In this document: positions 1 through 10,832 of the stretch, in pieces
Layout of the letters: the number at the start of each line of letters is the position of its first letter
How positions within the stretch are numbered: position 1 is the first letter of the stretch
DNA from: Bacteroidota bacterium
Lineage (GTDB): Bacteria > Bacteroidota > Bacteroidia > 2-12-FULL-35-15
Length of the DNA stretch: 62,214 nt
Direction: 5' to 3'
NCBI GenBank assembly: GCA_052389695.1
Contig: JBQTHQ010000073.1
Span: 1-62,214, forward strand
The notes under the pieces: generated by a model
Databases searched by the model: none
Seen by the model: only the letters and a program-made list of their open reading frames with translations
What the model was told of the DNA's origin: nothing
Made by a program: the position numbers and the translations under genes

Positions 1-1399
1 AAGGTTTTAAAGTTTGGGTTAGCGCCTGGAACAGATCAATACGCCCGGTACCCAGTTTATCTTTATAAGAAGTATTCATCAATGGATAATTATTATACGT
101 TGTAGTTTTCAGGCGTTCTCCCACTTGAATTGCGGTATAAGAAGGATAATAAGACTTCACAATAGCAGCGGCACCGGCAACACATGGGGCCGACATGGAT
201 GTTCCTGTGAGATCCGAATAACTATTCCCATTATAAGTTGAGCGGATAGATTCACCGGGAGCAGATACATCAACAGAATAATTAAAGGTAGAACTAGATG
301 AACGCCTGTCATCCTGCCTTGTATTGGCAACACTAATTACATAATTATATGCTGCCGGATAACCCGCTTCATCTTTATTACTATTACCTGCAGAAGCAAT
401 TACCAGGGCATTTTTATTTATTGTTGCATAGGTAATTACATCCTGCCCAAGCTGGCTCCATGCGGCACCGCTCCATGAGCAGTTAATTACAGAACAACCA
501 TGATCGGCGGCATAGGTAATCCCTTCATAACTTTTGACCAGCTTTCCGGTGGCATCAGAAATTTTAACAGGTAAAAATTTACAATTGAATCCAATTCCCG
601 CCACACCTTTTGCATTGTTAACCTTTGCCGCAGCAATTCCGGATACGTGCACACCATGTGCATTTCCCTGCCATGAAGGATTATTATCGCCCATTCCTAT
701 ATCCCATCCCCTGTAATTATCTATATATCCATCACCATCATTATCACCCCCGCCTGGACCATCAGCAGGATTAAGCTTTATCTGGCCTACAAGATCTTCA
801 TGTGTAAACTCTACGCCTGTATCTGTAATTCCTATAACAATATTTGTATCACCACGCGCAGTGGTTGCATTTACACCCCAGGCATTTTCTGCCTTAATGT
901 TAGTGATCGCATATTGTGCAGATAACAACGGATCATTAGGAGTGTAATCTAAATGTGGAATAAAGTGAGGTTCAGCATATTCAAATAATTGCAAAGCTGC
1001 AAATTTATTTATCGCTTTTTCTAAAGGAACTGAAGCGGAATAGCTGAACTCGTATATCAAAGACAAATCCGCCAAACGCTCCCCTCTGCCATTTACGGCT
1101 CTTACAGGAGCAGGGCTGAAGGGAAATTTTTTCACTAAGCCAGTCCCTCCTATATTGGTATATAATTGATTAAAAAGTGGATGATTAATATTATTTGCAG
1201 AACAAATAGACCGGTATTGTGGTTTTATTTTTATGATCACTGTTTTATCTATGTAATCATCTCCCGGCTTTAGATCATCAGAAATTACAAAATGAGCTTT
1301 TGAAGCTTTGAAATCCGTGTCGGTATTTTGTGCTGCAATAAACGTTGCGCTAATAACAATACATATGAATGTTAAAAACAGGTGAGTACTTTTTAGCAT
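1..1399 (-). CDS. S8 subtilisin-like serine peptidase, truncated at the window edge; paralogue of 1492..4377
   Basis: Absent from the ORF track because it runs off the edge. Hand translation from ATG 1399 gives MLKSTHLF... with ITDTG, HGVHVSG and GTSMSAP catalytic motifs, collinear with the neighbouring S8 gene. Confidence 0.9.
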   Translation of the reverse strand, partial: MLKSTHLFLTFICIVISATFIAAQNTDTDFKASKAHFVISDDLKPGDDYIDKTVIIKIKPQYRSICSANNINHPLFNQLYTNIGGTGLVKKFPFSPAPVRAVNGRGERLADLSLIYEFSYSASVPLEKAINKFAALQLFEYAEPHFIPHLDYTPNDPLLSAQYAITNIKAENAWGVNATTARGDTNIVIGITDTGVEFTHEDLVGQIKLNPADGPGGGDNDGDGYIDNYRGWDIGMGDNNPSWQGNAHGVHVSGIAAAKVNNAKGVAGIGFNCKFLPVKISDATGKLVKSYEGITYAADHGCSVINCSWSGAAWSQLGQDVITYATINKNALVIASAGNSNKDEAGYPAAYNYVISVANTRQDDRRSSSSTFNYSVDVSAPGESIRSTYNGNSYSDLTGTSMSAPCVAGAAAIVKSYYPSYTAIQVGERLKTTTYNNYPLMNTSYKDKLGTGRIDLFQALTQTLKP

Positions 1400-1453
1400 T
1401 TTATAGGGGATTTAGTTAAACGTATAGCAATTTAAGAAGGATCTTTTTCAAAA

Positions 1454-1484
1454 GCAAATTCTTCTTCCAAAAGAAGAATTTTGC
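1454..1484 (-). terminator. Hairpin downstream of the S8 gene
   Basis: GCAAATTCTTCTT-CCAA-AAGAAGAATTTTGC imperfect stem, followed by T residues on the minus strand. Confidence 0.5.
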
Positions 1485-1491
1485 ATAATAG

Positions 1492-4377
1492 TTACTTATT
1501 AACTATCATTTTTTCTACATAGATTTTATCCCCTACACTTAGCTGATAATAATATACTCCATTACTCAACAAAGAAGTATCATATAAAAAGTGATGAGCG
1601 CCTGCCTGCATTTTTTCGGAAACTATTGTTGTAATTTCTTTACCTAATATGTTAAAAATTTTTAATTCAACAGTTGCTGTTTCTGCAATACTTATATCAA
1701 TTATGGATTCCCTGCTCGCAGGATTTGGATAAATGTTCATCACATTTCTATTCGCATTTTCAACTTTAGGAATACCTACCACAGTAAGCCCATCGTATTT
1801 TATTTGTGCATTTATTGCGCTTTTCTTAAGATCGGCAAGGCTATCCCCGGCTATTAAAGCAAAGGCTACTTTTATTGAATCACCGGCAGCAACAGTATAA
1901 GGTCCTGTACTTACTACATCTATCACATCCGCTCCTGCTCCCGAAACCCCTGCATTAACACGATTTTTAGAGAGTGCCGTGTATTTTTCTTTACTGTCAA
2001 ACCCACCACCATACAGATCAACTCCACCGGATCCGCCTGCTACATTATCAATAGCATAATGCACCACAGGGGCTGAATTTGTCAGCAATTTAATACCTGC
2101 GTAAGTTCCATTAATACCTGTATAATAAACATACCCCATTTTATTCAGGGAATCGAATGATGCACGGTTGGATGCATACGTGCTGATATTAATATCCCAA
2201 TCGGCACAAATACCCGCATATAAATTTGTTAATGGCACAGTACCTGTATTGGATATAATGTATTGAAGGATTACATATTTTCGATCTCCTGCAGTAGTCC
2301 ATGCAAATGCCTGGTGATGAACACTTACAGGCAAAGACCCTGATGCAGAAGGGTTGTCATTAAATTTTCCATCCACATCAAATTCAGAAAAAACAGAAGG
2401 TACCATCCTTCGCACATTTACCACCGATTGAAAATCTGCATCGTTGGAACCTGCTGCTGTACCTCTTACTGCATCTGATACTTGCAAAGTGTCAATGCCA
2501 ATCATGAAACCTGCATCATATAAAATAGTTCCCTGGTTCATATAATTAAAACCCAAACCGCCTACCTGGTTATCGGCATTATAGCCTATACGGCCGCGGC
2601 CGTTAACCGAAGTTGCAATATCATTAATAGCAATATTTATATAATCAACATTTACAACCACAGTAAAATATTCTACCGCAGTATAAGATGTTGCAGGGTC
2701 CGAATAAGTAATCTTAAAAGTAACGGATTGATTTTGAGGTGTGCCTGCAACAATCCTTACTTTGAATGGATCTGCATTATTATTAGCAACCCCCATAGTT
2801 GCTATTGCACCCAGCGTAGTGGTATTATCAAGCATATTTATAAAAACTGATGTGGTAGAAAGTGTAGCTGTTAAATTGACAGCAGGTCCTAAATAATTGG
2901 TGTAATTTCCTGAAATATCCAAGGTATCTCCTACTACAAATGCATTATCATCGTTATCGGTAATGTTTCGTAATGACATAGTAACAGAAGGCATTACTGC
3001 ATCCGTTATAGCTCTATACAAATTGATGCGGCCACTTCCTAATTTATCTTTATAGGTTGGACTCATCAACGGGTATATATTATCACATGTTGTTTTTAAA
3101 CGTGCGCCAATTTGTAATGCAGTATAGGAAGGATAAAATGATTTTATAATTGCGGCTGCCCCTGCTGCACATGGAGATGCCATAGATGTTCCACTTTGAA
3201 ATGAAAAACTATTTCCGGAATAGGTTGAATAAATACTTTCACCGGGAGCACATACATCAACCGTATAATTATAATTAGAGGTACTTGCTCGTCTATCATC
3301 ATCTTTAGTACTCCCTACACTGATCACATAATCATAAGAGGCAGGAAAAAATAATTGATCCGCGCCATCATTTCCGGCGGCAGCAACCACCAATGAATTT
3401 TTATTTATTGTTGCATACGTGACAACATCCTGCCCTAATTGTCCGCCTCCTGCACCTCCCCATGAACAATTAATAACCGCGCAACCATGTTCCGCTGCGT
3501 AAGTAATTCCTTCATAAGCTTTAATCAGAGTTCCTGATGCATCTGCAACCTTCACAGGTAAAAATTTACAATTGAACCCAACACCTGCCATACCTGTTGC
3601 ATTATCAACCGATGCAGCAGCAATGCCGGAAACATGTACTCCGTGTGGGTTTCCTCCCCAAAAGGGATCATTATCATTATCTGCCAGGTCCCAGCCACGG
3701 TAGTTATCAATGTAACCATCACTATCTTCATCCCCTGCTCCAATAGTATCTGCATAATTGTATTTAATATTTTTTACCAGATCGCTGTGAGCCGGTTCAA
3801 CTCCTGTATCCGCTATTCCGATCACAACATTGGTATCACCACGTGCAGTGGTAGTGTTTACACCCCAGGCATTTTCAGCCTGAATGTTTGTCATGGCATA
3901 TTGAAACAGCATATCCGGGTCATTTGGGGTATAACAGGAATGAGGAATGTAATGAGGCTCAACATATTCAAACAATTGTAATGATATAAATTTATTGATC
4001 ACTTTTTCCAGTGAAATGGAAGCTGAATAACTAAATTCATAGATCAGCGACAAATCAGCGAAACGCTGCCCTTGAGCATTAGTATAACGTACAGGAGCCT
4101 TTGTATTCGGAAATTTCTTTTTTAATCCGCTACCGCCAATAGCTGTATATAATTCTTTAAATGATCCATTCTCAATGGAAGCCGCCGAACAATTGGAACG
4201 ATATTTAGCGTTTACTTTTATAATTACGGTTCTATCCATATAATCACCCGGCTGAATATTATCCGGCATCTTAAAATGTGTTCCGGAATATTTAGTATCT
4301 GCATTAATAGTTTGTGCAGCTATGGAGAACACATTAAAAAGTGTAACAAAAACAAGCAGTCGCTTTATTTTTAGCAT
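1492..4377 (-). CDS. S8 serine peptidase with T9SS type A C-terminal sorting domain
   Basis: IADTG / HGVHVSG / GTSMASP triad; C-terminal IYPNP...GVYYYQL...KMIVNK. ATG 4377 gives a signal peptide (the ORF track starts at 4428). Confidence 0.92.
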   Translation of the reverse strand: MLKIKRLLVFVTLFNVFSIAAQTINADTKYSGTHFKMPDNIQPGDYMDRTVIIKVNAKYRSNCSAASIENGSFKELYTAIGGSGLKKKFPNTKAPVRYTNAQGQRFADLSLIYEFSYSASISLEKVINKFISLQLFEYVEPHYIPHSCYTPNDPDMLFQYAMTNIQAENAWGVNTTTARGDTNVVIGIADTGVEPAHSDLVKNIKYNYADTIGAGDEDSDGYIDNYRGWDLADNDNDPFWGGNPHGVHVSGIAAASVDNATGMAGVGFNCKFLPVKVADASGTLIKAYEGITYAAEHGCAVINCSWGGAGGGQLGQDVVTYATINKNSLVVAAAGNDGADQLFFPASYDYVISVGSTKDDDRRASTSNYNYTVDVCAPGESIYSTYSGNSFSFQSGTSMASPCAAGAAAIIKSFYPSYTALQIGARLKTTCDNIYPLMSPTYKDKLGSGRINLYRAITDAVMPSVTMSLRNITDNDDNAFVVGDTLDISGNYTNYLGPAVNLTATLSTTSVFINMLDNTTTLGAIATMGVANNNADPFKVRIVAGTPQNQSVTFKITYSDPATSYTAVEYFTVVVNVDYINIAINDIATSVNGRGRIGYNADNQVGGLGFNYMNQGTILYDAGFMIGIDTLQVSDAVRGTAAGSNDADFQSVVNVRRMVPSVFSEFDVDGKFNDNPSASGSLPVSVHHQAFAWTTAGDRKYVILQYIISNTGTVPLTNLYAGICADWDINISTYASNRASFDSLNKMGYVYYTGINGTYAGIKLLTNSAPVVHYAIDNVAGGSGGVDLYGGGFDSKEKYTALSKNRVNAGVSGAGADVIDVVSTGPYTVAAGDSIKVAFALIAGDSLADLKKSAINAQIKYDGLTVVGIPKVENANRNVMNIYPNPASRESIIDISIAETATVELKIFNILGKEITTIVSEKMQAGAHHFLYDTSLLSNGVYYYQLSVGDKIYVEKMIVNK

Positions 4378-4435
4378 GCTTAAAAAGATTTGAATACTGC
4401 AATGTAATGAAGTTTTTTTCAAAATCAAATCTCTT

Positions 4436-4873
4436 TTAAAAGTCGGGAACCAACTCTAAATAATGGTAAGTACCGGCTACATAATCCATTCTGCAACAAA
4501 AATGATTAAGACCATTGGTTACTACCAGGTATTTTACTTTAAACACCATGTTGTATCGTGCAATCTGGTCAAAAGTATCCTGCGTTATTTTAACCTCGGG
4601 GGCTTTGCATTCTACCATTAAATGAGGATTTCCTTGTTTGTCATACACCAATACATCAGTACGTTTTTGAAGCTGGTTATATTTTAATCCGGCTTCTACA
4701 GCGATTAATGATGCAGGAAAATTTTTATCCCGGATCAAGTACTGCAAAAAATTTTGACGCACCCATTCTTCGGGAGTAAGTGCTACATATTTTTTTCGGA
4801 TAGAATCAAAAATCTGTGTACGAACTCCCTGTTTAAATTTAAATGGATAGACAGGTAAATTTAATTGCTGCAT
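4436..4873 (-). CDS. Type I restriction enzyme HsdR N-terminal domain-containing protein (stand-alone)
   Basis: LTPEEWVRQ, D...VECKAP...QIARYN and TNG motifs of the HSDR_N-type PD-(D/E)xK family. Confidence 0.88.
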   Translation of the reverse strand: MQQLNLPVYPFKFKQGVRTQIFDSIRKKYVALTPEEWVRQNFLQYLIRDKNFPASLIAVEAGLKYNQLQKRTDVLVYDKQGNPHLMVECKAPEVKITQDTFDQIARYNMVFKVKYLVVTNGLNHFCCRMDYVAGTYHYLELVPDF

Positions 4874-4999
4874 GGTAACCAAGGTACAACATTTCTAATA
4901 TCACTAATAGCAGATTTTTTATCAATAATTCTCAACAACAGTTTATATACCTTGCATTAATTGCTATTTTCGCTTAGTATAAATTAGTAATTTGTAGTT

Positions 5000-5773
5000 A
5001 TGAAAAGCAAGGAAGAAATTGTACAAAACTGGTTACCACGTTATACGGGAACTCCATTGAATGAATTTGGAAAATACATTCTATTGACCAACTTCAATAA
5101 ATATGTAAGAAAATTTGCGGAGTGGAATAATGTAGAAGTGAAAGGTGAAGACATGCCGATGCCTAATGCTACTGCCAATGGCATTACCATAATTAATTTT
5201 GGAATGGGCAGCCCGAATGCCGCAACCATTATAGATCTTTTAAGTGCGATTGAACCCAAAGCAGTTCTTTTTCTTGGTAAGTGCGGAGGATTAAAAAAGA
5301 AAAATGAATTGGGCGATCTGATCTTACCAATTGCAGCAATACGAGGAGAAGGGACATCCAATGATTATTTTCCACCCGAAGTTCCTGCTTTACCTGCATT
5401 CAGTTTACAAAAAGCCATTTCAACTACCATCCGGAATCATGGAAAAGATTACTGGACAGGCACTATTTATACAACCAACCGCAGAGTTTGGGAACATCAT
5501 GATGACTTCAAAGATTATTTACGAAAGCTGAGAGTAATGGGAATTGATATGGAAACCGCAACTATTTTCGTTGCAGGCTTTTATAATCACATTCCTACAG
5601 GAGCATTGCTTTTAGTAAGCGATCAACCCATGATATCAACCGGAGTAAAAACAAGCGAAAGTGATCATAAGATCACACAGAATTTTGTAGATGAACATTT
5701 AAAAATTGGTATTGATTCGCTGAACGAATTAATTAATAATAGTTTAACAGTAAAACATTTAAGATTTGAATAA
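5000..5773 (+). CDS. amn: AMP nucleosidase (Bacteroidota type)
   Basis: WLPRYTG, FGMGSPNAA, GKCGG, IRGEGTS and DMETA motifs of the PNP/UDP family. Confidence 0.9.
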   Translation: MKSKEEIVQNWLPRYTGTPLNEFGKYILLTNFNKYVRKFAEWNNVEVKGEDMPMPNATANGITIINFGMGSPNAATIIDLLSAIEPKAVLFLGKCGGLKKKNELGDLILPIAAIRGEGTSNDYFPPEVPALPAFSLQKAISTTIRNHGKDYWTGTIYTTNRRVWEHHDDFKDYLRKLRVMGIDMETATIFVAGFYNHIPTGALLLVSDQPMISTGVKTSESDHKITQNFVDEHLKIGIDSLNELINNSLTVKHLRFE

Positions 5774-5849
5774 AAGAGACGAGGGACAAAGGACGGGGGA
5801 CGGAAGAATACACAGATTTCTAAATTAGTATAGATTCGTATTTTGTAGT

Positions 5850-6899
5850 ATGGAGTTCAATGATATAATGTCGGAATTAAAAAAGAAGGTGTATCGCCCT
5901 GTCTATTTTTTGATGGGTGATGAACCTTATTTTATTGATATTATTTCTGATCATATCGAGAATAATGTGCTGGATGAAACAGAAAGAGAATTTAATCAAA
6001 CGGTATTATACGGACGTGATATTACTGCGGCTGATGTGATTGGCGCTGCAAAACGTTTCCCGATGATGAGTGAGCACCAGGTGATCATCATTAAAGAAGC
6101 GCAAAATATTAAAGATCTTGTAGGAAAAGATAAGGATGAAGAAAAAAGCAAATCAAAAGAAAAAGTAAAATCGCCTTTTGAGGCTTATCTTGAGAACCCC
6201 CAAAAATCAACTATCCTGGTAATTTGTTATAAATACAAAACCATAGACAAACGTACAAGCATTGCCAAAATAATTGACAAAAACGCTGTATTATTTGATT
6301 CAAAAAAAATATATGATAACCAGGTGCCCGACTGGATCAATAATTATCTGAAAGGCAAAGATTATATTGCCGGGCCAAAAGCCAGCGCTTTGCTTACTGA
6401 ATATTTAGGAACTAATCTCAGCAAAGTTTCCAATGAGTTGGATAAGCTGATGATCAATCTTCCGCCAAAATCAGAGATCACCGTAGAGCATATTCAAGCC
6501 AATATTGGCATCAGTAAAGATTATAATGTATTTGAATTACAAACGGCCATTGGTAAAAAAGAAGTACTGAAAGCCAACCGCATTATTAATTTTTTTGCAT
6601 CGAATGAAAAAGAACATCCAATGATCATGACCATCTCTTCACTCTATGGCTATTTCTGCAAATTATTGTCTTACCATTTTTTAGCAGATAAATCAAAAGC
6701 CAGTGTTGCTTCGGGTTTAGGTGTACATCCATTTTTTGTTGGAGATTATGAACGTGCAGCAAAAAATTTTACTGTAGGTAAATTAAAATCAATATTCGGT
6801 TACCTGCGTGAATATGATTTGAAATCAAAAGGTGTTGATCGTGGATCTGCGAGTGAAGGCGAGTTGTTGAAGGAATTGGTATTTAAAATTTTGCATTAA
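5850..6899 (+). CDS. holA: DNA polymerase III subunit delta
   Basis: YFLMGDEPYFID, FNQTVLYG, RFPMM and DLKSKG motifs. Confidence 0.95.
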   Translation: MEFNDIMSELKKKVYRPVYFLMGDEPYFIDIISDHIENNVLDETEREFNQTVLYGRDITAADVIGAAKRFPMMSEHQVIIIKEAQNIKDLVGKDKDEEKSKSKEKVKSPFEAYLENPQKSTILVICYKYKTIDKRTSIAKIIDKNAVLFDSKKIYDNQVPDWINNYLKGKDYIAGPKASALLTEYLGTNLSKVSNELDKLMINLPPKSEITVEHIQANIGISKDYNVFELQTAIGKKEVLKANRIINFFASNEKEHPMIMTISSLYGYFCKLLSYHFLADKSKASVASGLGVHPFFVGDYERAAKNFTVGKLKSIFGYLREYDLKSKGVDRGSASEGELLKELVFKILH

Positions 6900-6917
6900 G
6901 CATTCTCCATCCCAAAA

Positions 6918-6963
6918 GCTCAGACTGACCGTGCGGTGTCATATTGAACCTGTCGAAATATCT
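6918..6963. repeat. Degenerate GTCATNNTGA-type REP-like element
   Basis: GCTCAGACTGAC...TGTCATATTGAACCTGTCGAAATATCT resembles the arms at 12171-12237. Confidence 0.5.
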
Positions 6964-6998
6964 GCGATAGCTTTACCTCTTTTAGAACTTTCTTAAAT

Positions 6999-7033
6999 AA
7001 AAAATCCCTTACCAAATAGTAAAGGATCTTTTT
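6999..7033. terminator. Bidirectional intrinsic terminator between holA and the C1B peptidase gene
   Basis: AAAAAATCCCTTAC...GTAAAGGATCTTTTT between convergent genes. Confidence 0.65.
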
Positions 7034-7049
7034 AAATCATTTTTCAGAT

Positions 7050-8210
7050 TTACAAGCCCATTTTCTGAGCAATATCTTTTTTCACCGCATCTTTATGGAT
7101 CATAATTGAAGTAGTTTTACACTTCACATAGGCTTCTGAAGCATAAAAATATCCATCACAATCATTCTTCTTTACTCCCCATGAATTTTTAACGGTATAA
7201 TATTTTGTTCCGTTCTGATCTTTAACAATACCGACAATGTGCATTCCGTGATCGTCCTGAGTTTCGTAATTGTCGAATGTTTGCTGGCGATATTCCTGAG
7301 TAATTTCTTTTTGTTTACCGGGAGTATTGATCACAGAATCTATTTTTTCTTTTTTTACATCTGCCCAATCAACATCCGGAATGATAGCCACGCCATTTTT
7401 ATGTGAAAATCCTGTTTCACTTACATCGGCACCCCATGCCACAGTATAACCGGCCATGATAGCATTATCAATAATACTCATCATATCATTCACAGGAACA
7501 TTATTAATTTTTTCCCCGGCCCAGTTATCAGGAATTTCCAGTACAAACTTTGAATAAAAAGGATGATGATTGAAAGAAGTGATCTCAACATAATTATCCA
7601 TGTTCAGGCCTAATGATTCCGCATAGGATTTTGGCGTGTATGATTTTCCGTTATATTGGAAGTTTTCCGGTATTACCCCAAGGTATCCGTCCAATGCACC
7701 ATTTACTGCTTTTTTCCAACCCTCAGTGGGTTTTTGTTGTTTAATGATCACATCTACCATTGCACGTAAAACGGCATCCATTTCAAAATGAGCAATGGTT
7801 TGTTCACCGTTTACTCTTCCGGTATATATTTCTTCCGGAACAATACCATATTTTTTTATAACATAGGCTGCATCATGAAATGCTCCACCAGCAGCAAAGT
7901 TTATAGCACCGTGCATGCGAACAAATTTTTCTGCTTTATCAAAATATGCTTTACGAGCAACGAACATTTCCGATAAGTTCACCTTTGGTTTACCCATTCT
8001 TAATAACTCCGACTCCAGGAATGAAAGCGTAGAAAATGACCAACAGGTGTTAGACTGTGCCTGATTTTGCACCGGAGTTGCATCCAGATTTTTTACTACT
8101 GTAAATTTATAGTTGCCATCTTTTTTATTGGTGATGATTTGGGAAACTACATTACCGGCAATGCTAAAAGCCAGTGCAACAAAAGCATATTTTTTAAATG
8201 TCATCTTCAT
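7050..8210 (-). CDS. Aminopeptidase C / bleomycin hydrolase family cysteine peptidase (C1B), exported
   Basis: QAQSNTCWSFS, DDHGMH and KNSWG catalytic motifs; signal peptide. Confidence 0.92.
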   Translation of the reverse strand: MKMTFKKYAFVALAFSIAGNVVSQIITNKKDGNYKFTVVKNLDATPVQNQAQSNTCWSFSTLSFLESELLRMGKPKVNLSEMFVARKAYFDKAEKFVRMHGAINFAAGGAFHDAAYVIKKYGIVPEEIYTGRVNGEQTIAHFEMDAVLRAMVDVIIKQQKPTEGWKKAVNGALDGYLGVIPENFQYNGKSYTPKSYAESLGLNMDNYVEITSFNHHPFYSKFVLEIPDNWAGEKINNVPVNDMMSIIDNAIMAGYTVAWGADVSETGFSHKNGVAIIPDVDWADVKKEKIDSVINTPGKQKEITQEYRQQTFDNYETQDDHGMHIVGIVKDQNGTKYYTVKNSWGVKKNDCDGYFYASEAYVKCKTTSIMIHKDAVKKDIAQKMGL

Positions 8211-8295
8211 TAATTTTTGGTTGAGACGAAATTAATAAATAAATGCTTCTGTCAAATTTAATTTGACAAACGGTAAAACTCTATTATGATTGGAA

Positions 8296-8607
8296 TTATG
8301 CCTGCGCTGTAGGTCCGCCAAAATTCAATGGCAGGTTGGGAGGCATATCAGTGTCTTTAATATTGCCATGCACTTGCTCGAATTTTGAGATGTTATCTTT
8401 CAGGGCTTTCATTAAGCGTTTTGCATGTTGCGGCGTAAGAACAATACGTGATTTCACTTTTGCTTTTGGAACGCCAGGCATCATTTTTATAAAATCAATT
8501 ACAAATTCTGAATTTGAATGGGTAATGACTGCAAGGTTTGAATAGATACCTTCCGCTATTTCTTCACTTAGTTCAATATTTAACTGGTTATTGTTTTGGG
8601 CTTCCAT
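8296..8607 (-). CDS. DUF3467 family protein
   Basis: GIYSNLAVITHSNSEFVIDF...SRIVLTPQHAKRL. Confidence 0.88.
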   Translation of the reverse strand: MEAQNNNQLNIELSEEIAEGIYSNLAVITHSNSEFVIDFIKMMPGVPKAKVKSRIVLTPQHAKRLMKALKDNISKFEQVHGNIKDTDMPPNLPLNFGGPTAQA

Positions 8608-8649
8608 AGTATTATTTGTTTGATTTTTAATTTTTCTATTTCATAAACA

Positions 8650-8684
8650 AGATTTCTCTCCGCCTGAAGCGGATCGAAATGACA
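8650..8684. repeat. REP-like arm (AGATTTCTC...CGAAATGACA) containing a CCGCCTGAAGCGG mini-hairpin
   Basis: Ends match the GTCATT...AATCT family seen at 12171-12237. Confidence 0.55.
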
Positions 8685-8737
8685 ATATTAATAAAACAGC
8701 CGACTCAGTATAAGTCGGCCATTTTAATTCCCTCTTT

Positions 8738-8770
8738 CTCCCTCCCCTTGGGGGAGGGCCGGGGTGGGGT
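8738..8770 (+). repeat. CCCTCCCC-type REP element directly after the dnaK stop
   Basis: CTCCCTCCCCTTGGGGGAGGGCCGGGGTGGGGT; near-identical to the copy inside priA. Confidence 0.85.
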
Positions 8771-8771
8771 A

Positions 8772-10700
8772 CTATTTTTTTTCGTCTTTTACTTCTTCAA
8801 AATCAACATCAGTTACTTCACCATCACTTGCGGCTTTTGCACCTGCATCACTTTGTCCGTTTGCGCCTGCATTTGCATCAGGGGAACCTTGTCCTTGTGT
8901 TGCATTGTACATATCCTGCGAAGCAGCTTGCCAACCTGCGTTTAATTCAGTCAAAGCCGCATCAATACCCGCAAGATCCTTAGCACCATGAGCAGTTTTT
9001 AATTTAGCCAAAGCACCTTCGATCACTGATTTTTTCTCAACAGGAATTTTATCGCCATACTCTTTCAACTGTTTTTCTGTCTGGAAGATCATTGAGTCCG
9101 CAGTATTTACTTTTTCAGTTTCTTCTTTCGCTTTTTTATCTGATTCAGCATTTGCTTCAGCATCCGCTTTCATCTTTTTGATCTCTTCATCACTCAAACC
9201 CGATTTAGCTTCAATACGGATGTTATGTGATTTACCGGTTGCTTTATCTTTAGCAGTTACATGCAGGATACCATTTGCATCAATATCAAATGTAACTTCT
9301 ATCTGGGGAATTCCGCGAGGTGCAGGAGGAATTCCATCCAGGTTAAATTCACCTAACTTACGGTTATCTTTTGCCATTGCACGTTCACCCTGGTAAACAA
9401 CGATCTGAACAGAAGGTTGATTATCAGCCGCTGTTGAGAATGTTTCTGATTTTTTAGTCGGGATAGTTGTATTGGATTCAATTAATTTAGTGAACACACC
9501 ACCCATAGTTTCAATACCCAATGAAAGCGGAGTAACATCTAATAACAATACATCTTTTACTTCGCCTGTGAGTACACCACCCTGAATTGCAGCGCCAATA
9601 GCAACTACTTCATCGGGGTTCACACCTTTTGATGGCGCTTTACCAAAGAATTTTTGTACGGCATCTACGATTGCAGGAATACGTGTTGATCCGCCTACTA
9701 AAATGATCTCCTGAATATCAGACGTACTTAAACCTGCATTTTTTAATGCTGATTTACATGGTTCGATGGTACGTTTAATAAGATCATCTACCAGTTGTTC
9801 AAACTTAGCACGTGATAAAGTACGTACCAAATGTTTTGGAATGCCATCTACCGGCATGATATAAGGCAGGTTGATCTCAGTAGAAGTTGTACTTGATAAT
9901 TCTATTTTTGCTTTTTCAGCAGCTTCTTTCAAACGTTGTAAAGCCATTGGATCTTTTGACAGATCCAATCCGCCATTCTCCGCTTTAAACTCGGCCACTA
10001 ACCAATCAATGATCTTATGATCAAAATCATCACCACCTAAATGTGTATCACCATCAGTTGATTTTACTTCAAAAACACCTTCACCCAATTCAAGTATTGA
10101 TACGTCATGCGTTCCGCCACCACAATCGAACACCACAATTTTCATGTCCTGGTGTTTTTTGTCCAGTCCATAAGCCAATGCAGCGGCAGTAGGTTCATTG
10201 ATGATACGTTTAACTTTTAAACCTGCGATCTCTCCGGCTTCTTTTGTTGCCTGGCGTTGTGAATCATTAAAATAGGCAGGAACAGTAATTACTGCTTCTG
10301 ATACTTCATGTCCAAGATAATCCTCAGCAGTTTTTTTCATTTTTTGAAGAATGATCGCTGAAATTTCCTGTGGAGTGTATTTTCTGTCATCAATTTGTAC
10401 ACGGGGTGTATTATTGTCACCTTTTACTACTTTATAAGGAATGCGTGCAGCTTCTTTTGTTATTTCGTCAAACGTATGTCCCATAAAACGTTTAATGGAA
10501 GAAACTGTTTTTGTAGGATTAGTGATGGCCTGGCGTTTAGCAGGATCGCCCACTTTGCGTTCACCGTTTTCAACGAATGCCACCACTGAAGGTGTGGTGC
10601 GTTTTCCTTCACTATTTGGAATTACTACCGGCTCATTGCCTTCCATTACTGAAACGCAGGAGTTAGTTGTTCCTAAATCGATACCAATTATTTTACTCAT
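8772..10700 (-). CDS. dnaK: Molecular chaperone DnaK
   Basis: [17 protein letters not shown] and [12 protein letters not shown]; full-length Hsp70. Confidence 0.99.
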   Translation of the reverse strand: MSKIIGIDLGTTNSCVSVMEGNEPVVIPNSEGKRTTPSVVAFVENGERKVGDPAKRQAITNPTKTVSSIKRFMGHTFDEITKEAARIPYKVVKGDNNTPRVQIDDRKYTPQEISAIILQKMKKTAEDYLGHEVSEAVITVPAYFNDSQRQATKEAGEIAGLKVKRIINEPTAAALAYGLDKKHQDMKIVVFDCGGGTHDVSILELGEGVFEVKSTDGDTHLGGDDFDHKIIDWLVAEFKAENGGLDLSKDPMALQRLKEAAEKAKIELSSTTSTEINLPYIMPVDGIPKHLVRTLSRAKFEQLVDDLIKRTIEPCKSALKNAGLSTSDIQEIILVGGSTRIPAIVDAVQKFFGKAPSKGVNPDEVVAIGAAIQGGVLTGEVKDVLLLDVTPLSLGIETMGGVFTKLIESNTTIPTKKSETFSTAADNQPSVQIVVYQGERAMAKDNRKLGEFNLDGIPPAPRGIPQIEVTFDIDANGILHVTAKDKATGKSHNIRIEAKSGLSDEEIKKMKADAEANAESDKKAKEETEKVNTADSMIFQTEKQLKEYGDKIPVEKKSVIEGALAKLKTAHGAKDLAGIDAALTELNAGWQAASQDMYNATQGQGSPDANAGANGQSDAGAKAASDGEVTDVDFEEVKDEKK

Positions 10701-10747
10701 GATTAATTATGTTTTTGTTTGTTTTTTATAAGATTACACCCCAGCTT

Positions 10748-10787
10748 TCAATCATTATGCCATTGGCTTTTTGCCGAAATTATGTCA
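10748..10787 (-). promoter_or_regulatory. sigma54-like -24/-12 promoter for dnaK with upstream TGACA-N6-CGGCA repeat
   Basis: Minus strand TGGCATAATGATTGA matches the TGGCA-N6-TTG spacing exactly. Confidence 0.55.
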
Positions 10788-10832
10788 TAAAAAAGGCGCC
10801 CCCGTAATATATGTGGGACGCCTTTTATGACA
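10783..10832 (-). terminator. Intrinsic terminator after the DUF4249 gene
   Basis: TGTCATAAAAAAGGCGCCC...GGGACGCCTTTTATGACA stem with T-tail on the minus strand. Confidence 0.65.

Noticed and set aside
4436-4873. HsdR_N gene as part of a restriction-modification or defence island
   Set aside because: No hsdM, hsdS or helicase domain nearby; it is a short stand-alone gene among housekeeping genes.
8679-8991. Plus-strand ORFs 8679..8945 and 8764..8991
   Set aside because: They are antisense shadows of dnaK running through a REP element.
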